The position numbers were made by a program, and so were the translations under genes. The notes beneath the pieces were generated by a model that was not told where the DNA came from, ran no database searches, and was given only the letters and a program-made list of their open reading frames with translations. A DNA stretch of 64,000 nt from Felis catus (Eukaryota): positions 202,554,001-202,618,000 of the forward strand of contig NC_058375.1 of the NCBI RefSeq assembly GCF_018350175.1, in the 5' to 3' direction. Of this stretch, positions 51,001-63,100 are shown piece by piece. Position 1 is the first letter of the stretch, and each line of letters opens with the position of its first letter.

Positions 51001-53892
51001 GCGTGAGTTCGAGCTAGACGAGGGAGACCAGACTGTCCAGACAGTCTGCAGTGTGGCGATGGGGAGGGGTGGGCAGGAGAGCCATAGCTGACAGCTTGAG
51101 CTATGAGGCCAGAAATAGGACTGGTGAGGTTGGAGAAGGGGCGCTGGACTCGGGGATTTGAGAAGGGGGCAGAGAATAATAAAGGGTGGGTGAGTAAAAC
51201 CGAGTAAATCCTTCCACTCTGCCCTCTTTAGACCTCACGGGTCTGGGTTTCTGCCCGTCGTGGTGCTCTCTGTCTGCCAGCTCCTCTGCTTCCCCTTCGC
51301 CCTGGATGTGGATGCCGACCTCCTTGGAGGTGTGTTAGCTGACTTAGTGGACTCAGAAGTCACAGCCCGCCTGCTGCAGGTATTTGGGAAAGCCACCAGG
51401 CGTGAAGGTGCAGGAGGAAGATGGCCGACCTCGTGTATTGTAATTCACTTCCCAACAGCTCCAGGGCTCCCCTGAGCCCCTGGAAGAGTGGAGCATCTGG
51501 CTTGATGTAAGCGTTGGAGTGGAGAAAGCATTCAGGCCTGAGCAGAAGCACTAGTTAGAGCTGGGGCTGGCGCCTCCCGTCTCCATCTGTCCCTCCTCTG
51601 GATCTGTTGAAGCTCTGTGGGGAGGACATCCCAGTCTGGGCAGGGAGACTCAGCTCCTCAGCCAGGAGTCACTTCTGTGCAATCCTTGGCATTCAGCAGT
51701 GGGTTTTTGAAGGCAGAGAGCCTGAGTCCTTGCAGAGCAAGGAATGATCCTGCACCTGTTCTCTCGGGCTCCACAGTCTCACGTGGAGGGCTCGGGTCAG
51801 GTCTTCCAGCTCTCTGTGGTATTTCTCAGCATAGCTTGGCTTTTCTCTTGGCCAGAGCTTGGGCCCCTTCTAGCTACCTCGCTGCGGTGAATTCTTCCTC
51901 TCCCTGAACCACTTTGCCTGCTCCTCTATCCCTTCTCCCAGGTCTGCTGCCACCATCTTCCGTTGACGCAAGTTGAGTTGCCTGTCAGCCTCCTCACACA
52001 CCTGGCCCTCACGGATTCCACCTCTCTCAACCAGTTTGTGAACACAGTGGCTGCCTCCCCTAGAACCATCATCTCCTTCCTCTCAGTTGCCCTCTTGGGT
52101 GACCAGCCGCTGCTGACCTCTGACATTCTCTCCTTGCTGGCCCACACAGCCCGAGTACTGTCCCCCAGCCACTTGTCCTTCATCCAAGAACTCCTGGCTG
52201 GCTCTGATGAATCCTATCGGCCCCTGCGCAGCCTCCTGGGCCACCCAGAGAATTCTGTGCGGGCCCGCACTTACGGGCTCCTGGGCCACCTGCTGCAATA
52301 CAGCATGGCTGTGCGTGGGGCACTGCAGAGCCAGGCTGGGCTGCTCAACCTTCTGCTGCTGGGGCTTAGAGACAAGGACCCTGCCGTGCGGCGCGGTGCC
52401 AGCTTTGCCGTGGGCAACGCAGCCTACCAAGCTGGTCCCCTGGGACCTGCCTTGGCAGCCGCGATACCCAGTGTGACCCAGCTACTTGGAGATCCTCAGG
52501 CTGGTATCCGGCGCAATGCCGCATCAGCTCTGGGCAACTTGGGCCCTGAGGGATTGGGGGAGGAGCTGTTACAATGCCAAGTACCCCAACGGCTCCTAGA
52601 GATGGCCTGTGGAGACCCCCAGCTAAACGTGAAGGAGGCCGCCCTCATTGCCCTCCGGAGCCTCCGACAGGAGCCCTGCATCCATCAGGTACACCCCTGG
52701 GGACTTCCGGACCATGACGATGGGGTTGTATTTCACAACATTTTTCTGAGATAGCCTTTAAGGAATTGGGATGCTGGGAAACCCATGGGCGGTGTCTTGG
52801 AGATGGGTGTGCCATCTACCATCTCCCACCCCGGAGAAGGGAAGGAATGTGGGAGAGGGCTCTGATGAGTGGCAAATTCCCAGGATCTCCAAGCCCAGGG
52901 GTTCTCTCTTCTTGAGGCTACGTGGGAAGGAGGTGAGGCCAGATGAGGTGATATTGAGGTCTAGAGGGATTTCATTCTGGAGGCTGGGAAGGGGCTATCT
53001 TTTTTCTTTTTTTTTTTAGCACTTTCCACGTGAAAAGCGCCATGCTAAGCATTGGCTTTATTACCTGGTTTAAGCTATTATATTCCTCATTTTGCAGGTG
53101 AGGAAACTGAGGCACTAAGGATTTAATAACGTGCCCAAGTTACAAAGCTAGTTTGGGGGACTGGACTTCTGAGCTCAAGGGTCTGAGTCCTGAGCCCATA
53201 CCTTAACCACTGCTTTATTCTGCTTTTTCTGCTTGTGACATAAGTAGCCTAATGGGAATCACACATCTCCCTATGATAAGGCTAAACCTCCAAATTATAA
53301 TAAAGCAGTGTGGGAACATTGGCTGGTTCATGCAGAACAGAAATTTTGACGGGATGGTGATGATGTAAATTATAGGATTTTCTGGCAATCCATATGGGGA
53401 AATAATATAAGAGACTCTTGGTGGTACTGAGGTTAAGACCCACTGGTCAAGATTCATGACTAGGAATCACACTTTTTGACTTACTGTCACTGCTGCATTT
53501 ATGACCCCTTCCCGGGACAAATGCATGGATCCCTCGGTGCCTCAGTTTCATGGTGTGTAACCTAAGAGAATGGCAGTAGACCTCCGGTCTCGATGAGCCC
53601 TCTCTCCAAAGTTTCTCTTTCCCCGCAAAATCTATATTGATTCCCTAGGGGCCCATTGTCTTTTTCTTTCTTTACTAGAGTGGGAATTGCTGGGCCAAAT
53701 GAGAGTCCTCTGCATGTCCTATTCTGTCATCTGCTCTCTGTCTCACAGGTGCTGGTGTCCCTGGGGGCCAGTGAGCGATTAGCCATGCTCTCTCTGGGGA
53801 ATCAGCTACTGCCGCATAGCAGCCCCAGGCCTGCCTCTGCCAAACACTGCAGGAAACTCATTCACCTCCTGAGGCCAACCCACAGCACGTGA
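29250..53892 (+). CDS. STK36: Serine/threonine kinase 36 (Fused homolog), 1311 aa, 26 coding exons
   Basis: Exons 29250-29333, 30025-30165, 30276-30353, 32408-32538, 32769-33018, 34672-34765, 35059-35228, 35643-35830, 36335-36434, 38100-38243, 42750-42929, 43858-43955, 44344-44449, 45955-46105, 46297-46424, 46960-47064, 47412-47510, 47597-47685, 47970-48033, 48220-48330, 49956-50030, 50476-50638, 50855-51002, 51232-51379, 51942-52688, 53749-53892 total 3936 nt, in frame. Kinase motifs [40 protein letters not shown]; C-terminal HEAT/ARM-like repeats. Confidence 0.96.
29460..29670 (+). mobile_element. MIR
   Basis: MIR core: ataagttacttaaactctc...tctcagtttcctcatctgtagaatg...gaggattaaatatga. Confidence 0.75.
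30490..31468 (+). mobile_element. MIR interrupted by three CAN-SINEs: 30625-30854 (-), 30886-31130 (+), 31206-31410 (-)
   Basis: Removing the SINEs and one TSD copy each restores a contiguous MIR core (cagtttcctcatttaaaaatgg...tgtgaagattaatga...gtaaagcattta...agtgcctg). Confidence 0.85.
31800..32016 (+). mobile_element. CAN-SINE inserted at the end of a - strand MIR (to about 32200)
   Basis: TSD ta(a/g)taacagctaatgta. Confidence 0.85.
33244..33539 (-). mobile_element. CAN-SINE with (TA/TG)n microsatellite tail
   Basis: SINE body 33333-33539; TSD tggggc(g/a)ggctattc encloses the microsatellite. Confidence 0.8.
35362..35589 (-). mobile_element. CAN-SINE with long (GA)n
   Basis: Reverse SINE; (GA)n at about 35419-35460. 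Confidence 0.9.
36905..37900 (-). mobile_element. Old L1 3' region containing a CAN-SINE (37529-37756, -)
   Basis: ttaactttttattttgaaatagtttcaag...cccttcatccagattcacc is old L1 3'-UTR-like; SINE TSD agtactataatcttttt. Confidence 0.6.
38435..38896 (-). mobile_element. Young CAN-SINE (about 38445-38702) with (ATTT)n inserted in the tail of an older CAN-SINE
   Basis: Two tandem reverse SINE bodies; aatgtttatttattt duplicated at 38444 and 38704. Confidence 0.85.
39231..39943 (-). mobile_element. 5'-truncated felid-type L1 (3' UTR) containing a young CAN-SINE (about 39392-39633)
   Basis: aatatgaaatttattgtcaaattggtttcc...acaacacccagtgctcatccc L1 3' end; TSD aagcctttc(c/g)tttt; SINE TSD tgttctcag. 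Confidence 0.85.
40033..40244 (-). mobile_element. CAN-SINE
   Basis: Reverse SINE body. Confidence 0.9.
40265..41575 (-). mobile_element. Old L1 fragment (ORF2 3' end and UTR) with CAN-SINE at 40497-40728
   Basis: - strand translation [29 protein letters not shown] resembles the L1 ORF2 C-terminal [17 protein letters not shown] motif. Confidence 0.8.
41312..41468. other. Assembly gap (157 N) in L1 fragment
   Basis: N run. Confidence 1.
41577..41797 (-). mobile_element. CAN-SINE
   Basis: Reverse SINE body. Confidence 0.9.
42001..42207 (-). mobile_element. CAN-SINE
   Basis: Reverse SINE with (GA)n; TSD aagagta(t/a)cctttta. Confidence 0.9.
44530..45165 (-). mobile_element. L2 fragment (about 44530-44920) followed by CAN-SINE (44934-45165)
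   Basis: aacaaacatttattgaataccgactgtgtgcc L2 end; SINE TSD tagaagtatttctt. Confidence 0.75.
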
Positions 53893-54396
53893 TCTCAGAT
53901 TCCTACGGTCCATCCACCCACTTTCGTTACCCCTCTATTGCCAACCTTTTTCTACTATTCAAGCCACCAACTCAACCAAGAACTAAAAAGAGACTAAAAA
54001 AAGAGATAAGCTACAAGTCAAATGATTTAAGAACGAGAAACTAGAAGAGATTTATGTATAAAGCTCCCTCCTTTCTCCAGATTCAGGATGATTTCAATCA
54101 GTAAACTTCATTGCTGTTGGTGCCAGAGAAGATTCCTTCCTTTTCTACATGCGGGGGTCTTTCTCCAATAATGTGCCTTTAACCCCAGGAGCATACCTCC
54201 CAGATCTCAGGGAGGTACCTTCTACCTGAGAGGCTGCTTCCTTTCTAGAGCTTGTATAATCCTCCCAACAGGTTCTTGCTTTTGTGCACTGGCCCTAGGA
54301 CAGTGATGAAGACTGAGCCCATCTCAGCTCTAGGCTATGGGGATAAATGCTGCTGTGGATGGTTTCCTGACCCATAGCCCACATTCCCATCCATGG

Positions 54397-54664
54397 NNNN
54401 NNNNNNNNNNNNNNNNNNNNNNNNNNNNNNNNNNNNNNNNNNNNNNNNNNNNNNNNNNNNNNNNNNNNNNNNNNNNNNNNNNNNNNNNNNNNNNNNNNNN
54501 NNNNNNNNNNNNNNNNNNNNNNNNNNNNNNNNNNNNNNNNNNNNNNNNNNNNNNNNNNNNNNNNNNNNNNNNNNNNNNNNNNNNNNNNNNNNNNNNNNNN
54601 NNNNNNNNNNNNNNNNNNNNNNNNNNNNNNNNNNNNNNNNNNNNNNNNNNNNNNNNNNNNNNNN
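54397..54664. other. Assembly gap (268 N) in the STK36 3' UTR region
   Basis: N run. Confidence 1.
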
Positions 54665-55374
54665 TCTATGTAAACTCCTGTAGTAAAAGGTATACCTCAC
54701 CTTACTTGGAGATGCCAGGGTAAGAGCTTGGGTGGGGGGTCAGCTCCTCTCTTGGCTGCTGGTTGGTGCTGCAGCTCTTGTGTCCCGTTCACACAAGACC
54801 ATGGTTTGGGACCTTATTTATTTATATCTGTTCCTGCCTTCCAGCTTCCTGCATCTCAGCTGAGCTACATGTGGTCACCTACTTCCAAGCCAAGACCAGT
54901 GGAGCTGAAATAGGAGAGATAGGATTAAACAGAGCTGTACATTGGATTGCTTTGTGATCTCAGGCTTAGTGATGAGTTTTGATGTTTGATGGAGTTTCAA
55001 TGTATAGGGAAGCCCAATTGCTTGAGAAGGGCAGCTGTTTAGGACATCGTGCATTTCACCAGAAAGAGATGTTTGGCAGACCCATTAGAGTTGAGATCCA
55101 GCTGGAAACATACTACAAAGTTTCAACCCTGACTCACCGGATGGCTTGCGACAAGCTTCCCAGAGCCTTCCTTGGTTTCTCTATCCATAAAATGGGGGTA
55201 TTACTTTTTGTCCTTCCTTAAATTCCAATTGTTTTTGAAATGAAAGATGAATAAAGTGCCTTAGTTTTATAAGGAATTTTATTTAGCATTCATCTTCATT
55301 GTCTGTGTTTATATTTTAGCAAAAATAACATTTTTTTCTAGAGACCACTGGAATTTCCTCCTGTCCAGATTATG

Positions 55375-56250
55375 GCAGTTCAGTTCAACATTGAGTTCTT
55401 TCTCTGTGCGAGGTACTGTCGTAGGCACTGGAGATAAAGCAGTGCTTGTTTGTCGTAGAGTTTCCATTCTAGCTGCGGAGTCAATGAACTTACCAAAATA
55501 AGTGAATTCTGCACAGGATGTAGAGAGGTGATAAAGCTCTGGAGAACAATGAAGCGGAGAAAGAGGACGAGGAGTGCTGAGTTGGATGGTTAAGGTAGGC
55601 CTCACTGGGATGACCTTTGAGCAAAGACTTGATGGAGATGAGGGAAATGAGCAGTGTAGCTATCTGAGGGCAAAGTGAGGCAGAGAGAATAATCACCTCA
55701 AAGGTCCGGAGATGGAAGCTTGCCTGGTGAGCTTGAGGAGCTATGATGAGGCCAGTTTGGATGGCAGAAGTGAAGAAGGGGGAGAATAGTAGGAAATGAG
55801 GACAGGAAGGTAGTGAGGACCAGATGTAAGCCTGTAGTAGACCTTGTACTTCGAGTAAAGTAGGGATGTATTGGAGAGTTTTGACAGAGAAGTGATGTAA
55901 TCTACTTATGTTCTGAAAGATTACTCTCCATTCTGGTGTTGTGCATGGACTGTGAGGAGTGGGGGAGGCTGGGAAGCAGGGTGAGGGCTTAGGAGTCTGT
56001 GGTGGTACTAATGGAATGGTGAAAAGTAGTCAGATTCTGAATATATTTTGCACATGAAGCAAATAACATTCCTTACCTGATTGGATGTGAGGGTGTGAAC
56101 GAAGGAAAGCAGACAAGGATATGACTCCAAGGTTTTTGGCCTAAGCAATTGGAAGAATGGAATTGCCATTAACTCAAATGGGGGAGGCTATTAGTGGAGT
56201 GGTGGTAGGTGGGAGAATTCAAGTTCAGTTTTGAACATATTAAGTCTATT
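55375..56250 (-). mobile_element. L2 fragment
   Basis: L2-like gactccaaggtttttggcctaagcaattggaagaatgg...gttcagttttgaacatattaagt. Confidence 0.75.
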
Positions 56251-56454
56251 AGTTGGAAATTTTTAAACACACAAAATTAGAGACATTAGTTCAGTGAATT
56301 CCATTACTGTTCCAAAAGCTACCATATCTATTCTTTTTCTATTCAAGTATTTTAAAACACATCTTGGGAAATATATAATGTAACCCATATTACCTTGGTG
56401 TTTATCTTTAACAGATCAGAACTTCTGTTTTTGTTTTTAACAAAGCCACATCTG

Positions 56455-58127
56455 TGGCACCTGATTTCAGCTTAGGTCATGATCCCAGGGTCATGGGATG
56501 GAGCCCCTTGTCAGGCTCCGTGCTAAGCGGGAGAGATTCTCTCTCCTTCTGCCCCTCTCCCCAACTTGAGCTCTCTCCAAAAAAAAAAACAAAAAAAAGA
56601 AAAAAACCCTAAAAAACAAAAACAGAAACCCACAAAGCCACAGTACTTCACTAAGACTTGTCTGGATTTAGACAAATAAGTATTGTGTTTTAAAATCTAG
56701 ATTTTCACCCCCTAAAAGATAAACTAGGAAGAATTACCTTAGGAAAGAATTATTCTTTTTATTTTTTTAATGTTTATTTATTTTTGAGAGAGAGACACAC
56801 ACAGAGTGCTAGCGGAGAAGGGTTAGAGAAAGAGGGAGACACAGAATCCAAAGCAGGTTCCAGGCTCTGAGTTATTAGCACAGAGCCCAACACAGAGCTC
56901 AAACTCACAAACCGTGAGATCATGACCTAAACTGAAGTCGGACGCTTAACCGACTGAGCCACCCAGGCGCCCAGGAAAGAAGTATTCTTTAGGAAAGAAT
57001 TATTCCTCCCCCCCCCAAATAATTCATTAAATACTAGCTAGAGATATCATGCTTGTCTGGCATATAAAACACTCGATGTAGAGAAATTAAATATACAGAC
57101 TTTTTAGGTTATCACATAAAGCAATAGTTAATCATTTTATGAGGAAGCATAATAAGAAAACATATTTCCATCCTTGTGAGCACACAATCTAGGGGATTAA
57201 AAATCTATAAACAATCTTACACCATTTTATATCATTGCACAAAGTGCTGAGAGGATTAGAAGTGAGTGCTGTGAGAAGTGTCTGGAATTCACAGAACATC
57301 TGGAAGGTTTGAGCGTTTGTGCCCATGTTTCATTTTGCGTATGTATGAGTGCATGTCTGCTTTAACTCTTTTGGTGGGAGAGGGAAGTTAACGTTTTCAA
57401 ACATAAAAATAGAATAGCATAATAAGCTCCCAAACTCTGATCTCACAGATTCAGCTATTATAAACATTTTGCCACACTGGTTCTACCCATTCCATTAAAA
57501 AAATTTTTTTTAACGTTTATTTAGAGAGAGAGTGAGAGAAAGCACAAGCCAGGGAGGGGCAGAGAGAGAGAGAGAGACACAGAATCTGAAGCAGGACACT
57601 TAACCAACAGAGCCACCCAGGCACCCCAATAATGGTTTCCTAACATCTGTCTTTGTTCTTAATGTCCCCAGCCCATATTCAGATTTCTCCACTGTCTCAA
57701 AACTATCTTTTACAGTTGGTTTGTTTGACTCAGGATCCAAACAAGGTCCACTCATTGCATTTGATAATGTCTCTTAAGTCTCCTACAATCTAGAACACCT
57801 TTTTTTAATACTCTGAAATCGTTGAAGAAATGAGGTCATTTGTCTGTACATTGGCCCACCTTCTGGATTTATCGGATTGCTTTCTTGCAGTGTCATTATT
57901 TCTCTTTACTGGAAGTTGGAGACAAAAGCTTGATTAGATTCAGATTCAACTTTTTAAAAAATGTTTATTTATTTTGAGAGAAAGAGCATGAGCAGGGGAG
58001 GGGCAGAGAAAGAGAATCCCAAGTGGGCTCCATGCTGACTTGGGCTTGATCTCATGACACATGAGATCATGACCTGAGCCAAAATTAAGAGTCTGATGCT
58101 CAACCGACTGAGCCACCCAGGCACCCC
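56455..58127. mobile_element. CAN-SINE cluster: 56455-56627 (+, 5' truncated), 56757-56972 (-), 57495-57627 (-, internally deleted), 57951-58127 (-), partly within old L1 sequence
   Basis: SINE heads and tails with TSDs acaaagccaca, aggaaagaa(t/g)tattcttt and agattcaac. Confidence 0.8.
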
Positions 58128-58839
58128 AGATTCAACAATTTTTTGACAAAAATTCACTACTTCCTAAATATTGTGTAGTTTAAATTGCATCACATTAGGA
58201 AACATAATTATAGCTGTCCCACAATACACGATCTAAGATTGGTTAAAATCTATAGGGGATCCCCCAATCAGTCCTCTAATGGTTTTAGCATCCGTCATAC
58301 TGTTGCTGAAATCAATGATTTACTATGCATCCTTGCTCTGGTCCAGATTGTTTTCATTAGGTTAGTCTCACCTTTTATTGTTCCCTTTATTTCTGTAGAC
58401 TACTGTTTAGAAAAGATCTTTTCACCCTCCAGCTCTCTTTCGATTTTCAGATCCATTAAGTCTAGGGTCATATGGGACTGAGGACATCTAGGGCACCGTC
58501 TGCCTTGCCTAGGGAGATAATGAATTGGAGTCAGTGTTTCCTAAAGTTCATACCTTAAGCTCATAAAGCAGGAGGTTGTAATAGTACTCTGAGTGGACTG
58601 GAGTTAGGGGAAAGTGGGTTGGAGGGAAACAAGGGATGTGGCCGTGTGTCCTTTACTGGAGTCAAACTCAAAAGGCTTTTGCTGAGAAATAAGAAAATTC
58701 TTCAATAAAGCCTTAATTCTTTGATTTTAGAGGAGCGAATTAAGGCACGGCCCAAGTCAGTCCATAGAGGTGAGGTGGAATCAGGGCCCAGAAAAGGAGA
58801 GAATCCTGGAATCCCAGAATATAGTCTTTCAGGGACTCA

Positions 58840-59520
58840 ATCTCGGGACTACAACTCCCAGAATTCTGCTCTCCGGGTCTCACGCGCACTGAAGCGACTG
58901 CGCTTGCGCGCGGCTGGTGACGGCCGGCCTTCCCAGGTCCCACAACCCCCGAGATTCCGCGCGCCAGCCCTCCTCCCTCCTTGCCGAGATAGCCCCTTCC
59001 AGGCCCTCTGTCCGTCCGCTGGGGGCGCGCGCAGTGCGTGGCAGGCGGCCGCGGCGCCGGCGGCTGGGAGCGCGGGTCGCGTGGTGGTGTGTGGTTGCTA
59101 GGGGCGTCTGAGGCCGCCCGCTCGCCCCAGCAGGCCGACGGAGGAAGCAGCGCGGAGCCGGCGCCGAGCCGGGGCGAAGCTCGGTCCGCTAGGTGAGTGT
59201 GGCGGTGAAGCCGGGGGAACGACCCGCCGCCGGCCCGACTCTCTTGCCCCTCCCTCTGCCCCGGTTCTTTCGCGCGGGTCCCCAAGCCCTCCGGCGGCTC
59301 TCGCCCCAGCCCCGCTTCCTGCCCGCCAGCTCTCCATCTCCGGGTAGGCGAGGGGGCTGCGGCCTTCCACCGGGCCGGGTCTTCGCGCGTCCTGGGGACC
59401 CTTCTCCCCCTCCGCCACGCCCCGTGAACTTAGTCAGCCCCGCCTCTGGGCGCCCGGACCCTGCAGCATCCCCTCACCCTGGGCCTCCGTGCCTCCTTTT
59501 TCCCGCCGCGCTGCGGTTTA
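58840..59520 (+). promoter_or_regulatory. TTLL4: CpG island promoter and non-coding first exon (donor TAG|GTGAGT at 59192) of the next + strand gene, probably TTLL4
   Basis: Dense CpG, ZNF143-type motif at 58848-58863, NRF1-like TGCGCTTGCGC near 58899, consensus donor. Gene identity rests only on mammalian synteny; no coding exon lies in the window. Confidence 0.7.
58848..58863 (+). promoter_or_regulatory. ZNF143/THAP11 SBS motif ACTACAACTCCCAGAA
   Basis: Matches the ACTACAnnTCCCA promoter motif at the edge of the CpG island. Confidence 0.75.
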
Positions 59521-61025
59521 AATTCTCCTCGCCTGTGTGTGAGCCCAAGCTACCTCTCAGGCTTCATAGGTGAAGTGAACACGGATATCCACTTTTTTAG
59601 TTCCCCACCTTCAGTAGGTGTAGAGAGATACTATTCCCAAACTGTAGAGTTTCAAATAGGGTTTGAGATCCTGTAAACGTTAACTCTTCATTTGTTCATC
59701 CCTTTATTTAACCATTCATTCAACAGTGTTTTACAAATATCGACAAATATTTAATGAGCCAGGGACTGTGGAAGGCGCTGGGGAGGTGTAGTGGTGAACA
59801 AGGCAGGCATGTCTTCGCGGAGCTTGTAGTCTAGAGATTTTCATCAAGTAAACTAGCATTTGCCATACTGTGTGGTGTGTGCTCCGACAGAACGTTAGAT
59901 ATTTAACCCAGCCTTGCTCGGAAAATTATATCATCCCCATTCCCTGGTCTTCACATTTCTTTCTGGATGTTGGAAATGTTTGAATCCTTCCTCCTTTATT
60001 GAGTAATCCTTGCTCCCCCAGATACTCCAGATCACATCTTCCTCAACTTCATCATCTGTTGGTTTAGCCAATCAACAAATAGCTGGGGGACCCTTTGGGA
60101 CGGTGTTCCCTCCGTCCTTCATTTCTTGCAGTAAATATTGAGCCACTGTTTGCATAAAACCCACCCCCTTGGTGCCTAGAAGGCAACCAGCTGCTTATTG
60201 ATCGGTGGAATGGAACCTTGAAAAGTTATCAAGTGTTTTCTGGGAATAAAGAAGTGAGAACACATTTCAGATACAAAATAACTTTAGAGAAAATACAGCA
60301 AGGCCTAAAAAGAGAACTGGAAGCAGTTTGACAGGCCTGAGGTGCATTTAGAGGTAGCTATCCAGTGACAAATAAGAAAAGGAAAATTAATAGGGGTTAG
60401 ATCACAAAGGGCCTTGGATGTTTTGTTAAGGAGAACAGTATCCTCAAGAGCAGTGGTTTTTCAAGCAGGGTAATTGGGGCCCAAGACTTCCAAGGGATAC
60501 ACCTGCGTATATAGCTTTAGAAGGATCCATTTCCAGATCCTCAGCTTTCAAATGAACTCTTCTGAAACTGACTTTACAAGAAAAGGCAGGTGGAGGGGGG
60601 CCTGGGAAGGGATGTTATATCCTTCACACTTCCCTGTATTATCCCAAGTGTAAAAACCTCAGGTTGCCAAACAAAGCATTTGGAAATACTGATTTCAGAA
60701 AGGCCTCCTTTGGTGATTAAATTACTTTGAAAACCCAGAAGGCTTCCTCTCCCCCTAATACACATCGGTGTTAGGGTGAAGTCTGTGATATTCTGAATTC
60801 AGAAGAACCCCACAGTTAAATGTGATGAGAATGTTTTTTGGGACCACGGGTTTTTCAAGCTATAGGATCAAACTTACATGAAAAGCTTTTAAAGAGATTT
60901 CTTTTAATTTAGGTGTGTGTTATTCAATAAGATAGCTAAAAATTATTTTATTAAATCATGAAATGCTTATTCCAATTATGGTTAACTTAGTTCTTTTTAT
61001 AAAATGTTTAGTAGTTTCTACCTCC

Positions 61026-61783
61026 TTTTTTTTTTAAGTTTATTTATTTATTTTGAGAGAGAGAGAATCCCAAGCAGTCTTCTTACTCTCAGCACAGAGC
61101 CTGATGCACCCAGCTCTATTCCATGAACTGCGAGGTCATGACCCGAGGCTATGCCAAGAATTGGAAAGCTAACCTACTGAGCCACCCAGGTGCCCCTCTG
61201 TCTCCTTTTAACAGAAGAATAAACTTGTTTAAACTTGTGATGAAAAATTTTAGAATTAAACTTTATTTATTTTTTAAATGTTTATTTATGTATTTTTGAG
61301 AGAGACGGAGCACGAGCAGGGGAGGGGAAGAAGAGGGAGACAGAATCCAAAGCAGACTCCGGGCTCTGAGCTGTCAGCCCAGAGCCCGATGTGGGGCTTA
61401 AACTCACAGCCCTGAGTTCATGACCTCAGCTGAAATGAATGCTTAACCGACTGAGCCACCCAGGTGCCACAAAGAACTTTGTCCTTGGGAGCCCTCAGGG
61501 GTATTCTGGACAGACAGTGGTATTCTAGACCAGAGTGCTCAGACTTACTACTCTTAGGACTTCTTTTTAATTTTTTTTTTCACCGTTTATTTATTTTTGG
61601 GACAGAGAGAGACAGAGCATGAACGGGGGAGGGGCAGAGAGAGAGGGAGACACAGAATCGGAAACAGGCTCCAGGCTCTGAGCCATCAGCCCAGAGCCCG
61701 ACGCGGGGCTCGAACTCCCGGACCGCGAGATGGTGACCTGGCTGAAGTCGGACGCTTAACCGACTGCGCCACCCAGGCGCCCC
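61026..61783 (-). mobile_element. Three CAN-SINEs: 61026-61196, 61262-61469, 61567-61783 (young)
   Basis: Reverse SINE bodies; the last has a perfect TSD tcttaggacttcttt (61552-61566 / 61785-61799). Confidence 0.9.
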
Positions 61784-61799
61784 ATCTTAGGACTTCTTT

Positions 61800-63100
61800 A
61801 TACACTTCAAAAGCTCTTTGGGATCTTCAATATATTTTTTAATTGGGATACATAATCTTGATAGTTACTGTACTAGAAATTGAAATATATATTAATTCAT
61901 TTAGAAATAAAGCCATTACAAGTTAATGTAGAATTTTTAAAATGAAAAATGATATTGTTTCAAAAAGATTAGTAGAAGAGTGACATTTTTTCAAATCTCT
62001 TTAATGTCTGGCTTAATAGAAGACAGCTGGATTTTCATATCTCTTTCTGTGTTCAGTCAGATTTGTTGTTTTGGTTGAATTATTAAGAAAATCCAGCCTC
62101 ACATGGACATTTAGTTGGAAAAGGAAGAGTATTTTTAATAGCCTTTTCAGATAATTGTGGATATTCTTCTTTGGTATTACACACAAGTTAACAAGGGATG
62201 GTTTTATGAAAGTTAGTACAGTGTGGTATCTGAAATGATACCAGTGAACTTTTCATACTTTGTTACATTAAAGTCCATTGGTCTGCCTCTCATTTTGACT
62301 GTGTCTTTTACCCAGAGAGGATTCTGTAGCATTGTGTGATAGGTATCTGGAAAGTACTGGTTTCACTGAGTTACGTGGCTCTTCCAAATGTTGACACATT
62401 TTATTAACAGTGTCGGAAAAATCATATCACCACACTCTCATCAGAAAAAGGGTTAAGTGTTGGGAAGCTGTCAAGCTCATGGCGGCAGATACAGTTTTGC
62501 CAAAATTCTAATTTTCTCTTGGAAGCTCGAATTTTATCATTGGCAACAAATACTGTCAGTTGTTTTTTTCTCGAGTTGCCAGTCTCACTTTGTTTTATTT
62601 TCTAGAAAATGTTTGCCAAATGCCAAAGTCTGAATAACCCATTGCTTTTGTGTCATTTATTCTTCCAAGTGAGCATGATGTTCCACAGAAAAATTTTGCA
62701 ATTCATACGCACAGTGCTTTCCTTAGAGGTAGCCATCACCTTCTGTATGCCACATAGGTGTTTTATATGTGCTTCTTGTTTTGTCACACAGAATATTAAA
62801 AAGATGCCCTCCAGAACTGAGCTTTAATAGAATTTTTACTCCGCCATCAAGGACATTCTTGGGTAAAGCTGGCATTCTTTCACTGTGTGGTGAGGAGGCG
62901 TGTGGTGGTGAAGGATCTAACTTGGCGTGCCATTGTCTCACTTCTTGCTCCGGCACCAAATGTTGACCCCCCCCCCCCCCATCGCTTTTGTACCGTCAGC
63001 GGGAAGGCCAGCACAGTTAAAAAGGCGAATCCCATCTTAGTTTTGTTAGGAACATAGTTTCACCAGCAGAACCTGTGGACTATCCCCAGAGGACCACCGT
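61800..63100 (-). mobile_element. hAT Charlie1-type DNA transposon relic with decayed transposase
   Basis: - strand peptide MPALPKNVLDGGVKILLK...LFNILCDKTRSTYKTPMWHTE resembles the Charlie/Buster transposase segment LKNVLDEAVKIINFIK...LFNILCDEMGS.H..LLLHTEVRWLS. Confidence 0.8.

Noticed and set aside
54335-54723. ORFs spanning N runs (also 11952-12293, 18846-19319, 41247-41573)
   Set aside because: Artefacts of X translation through gaps.
60451-60691. Possible small hAT MITE (cagtggtttttcaa ... ttggaaatactg)
   Set aside because: Termini only loosely complementary and no matching 8-bp TSD; needs a Dfam search.
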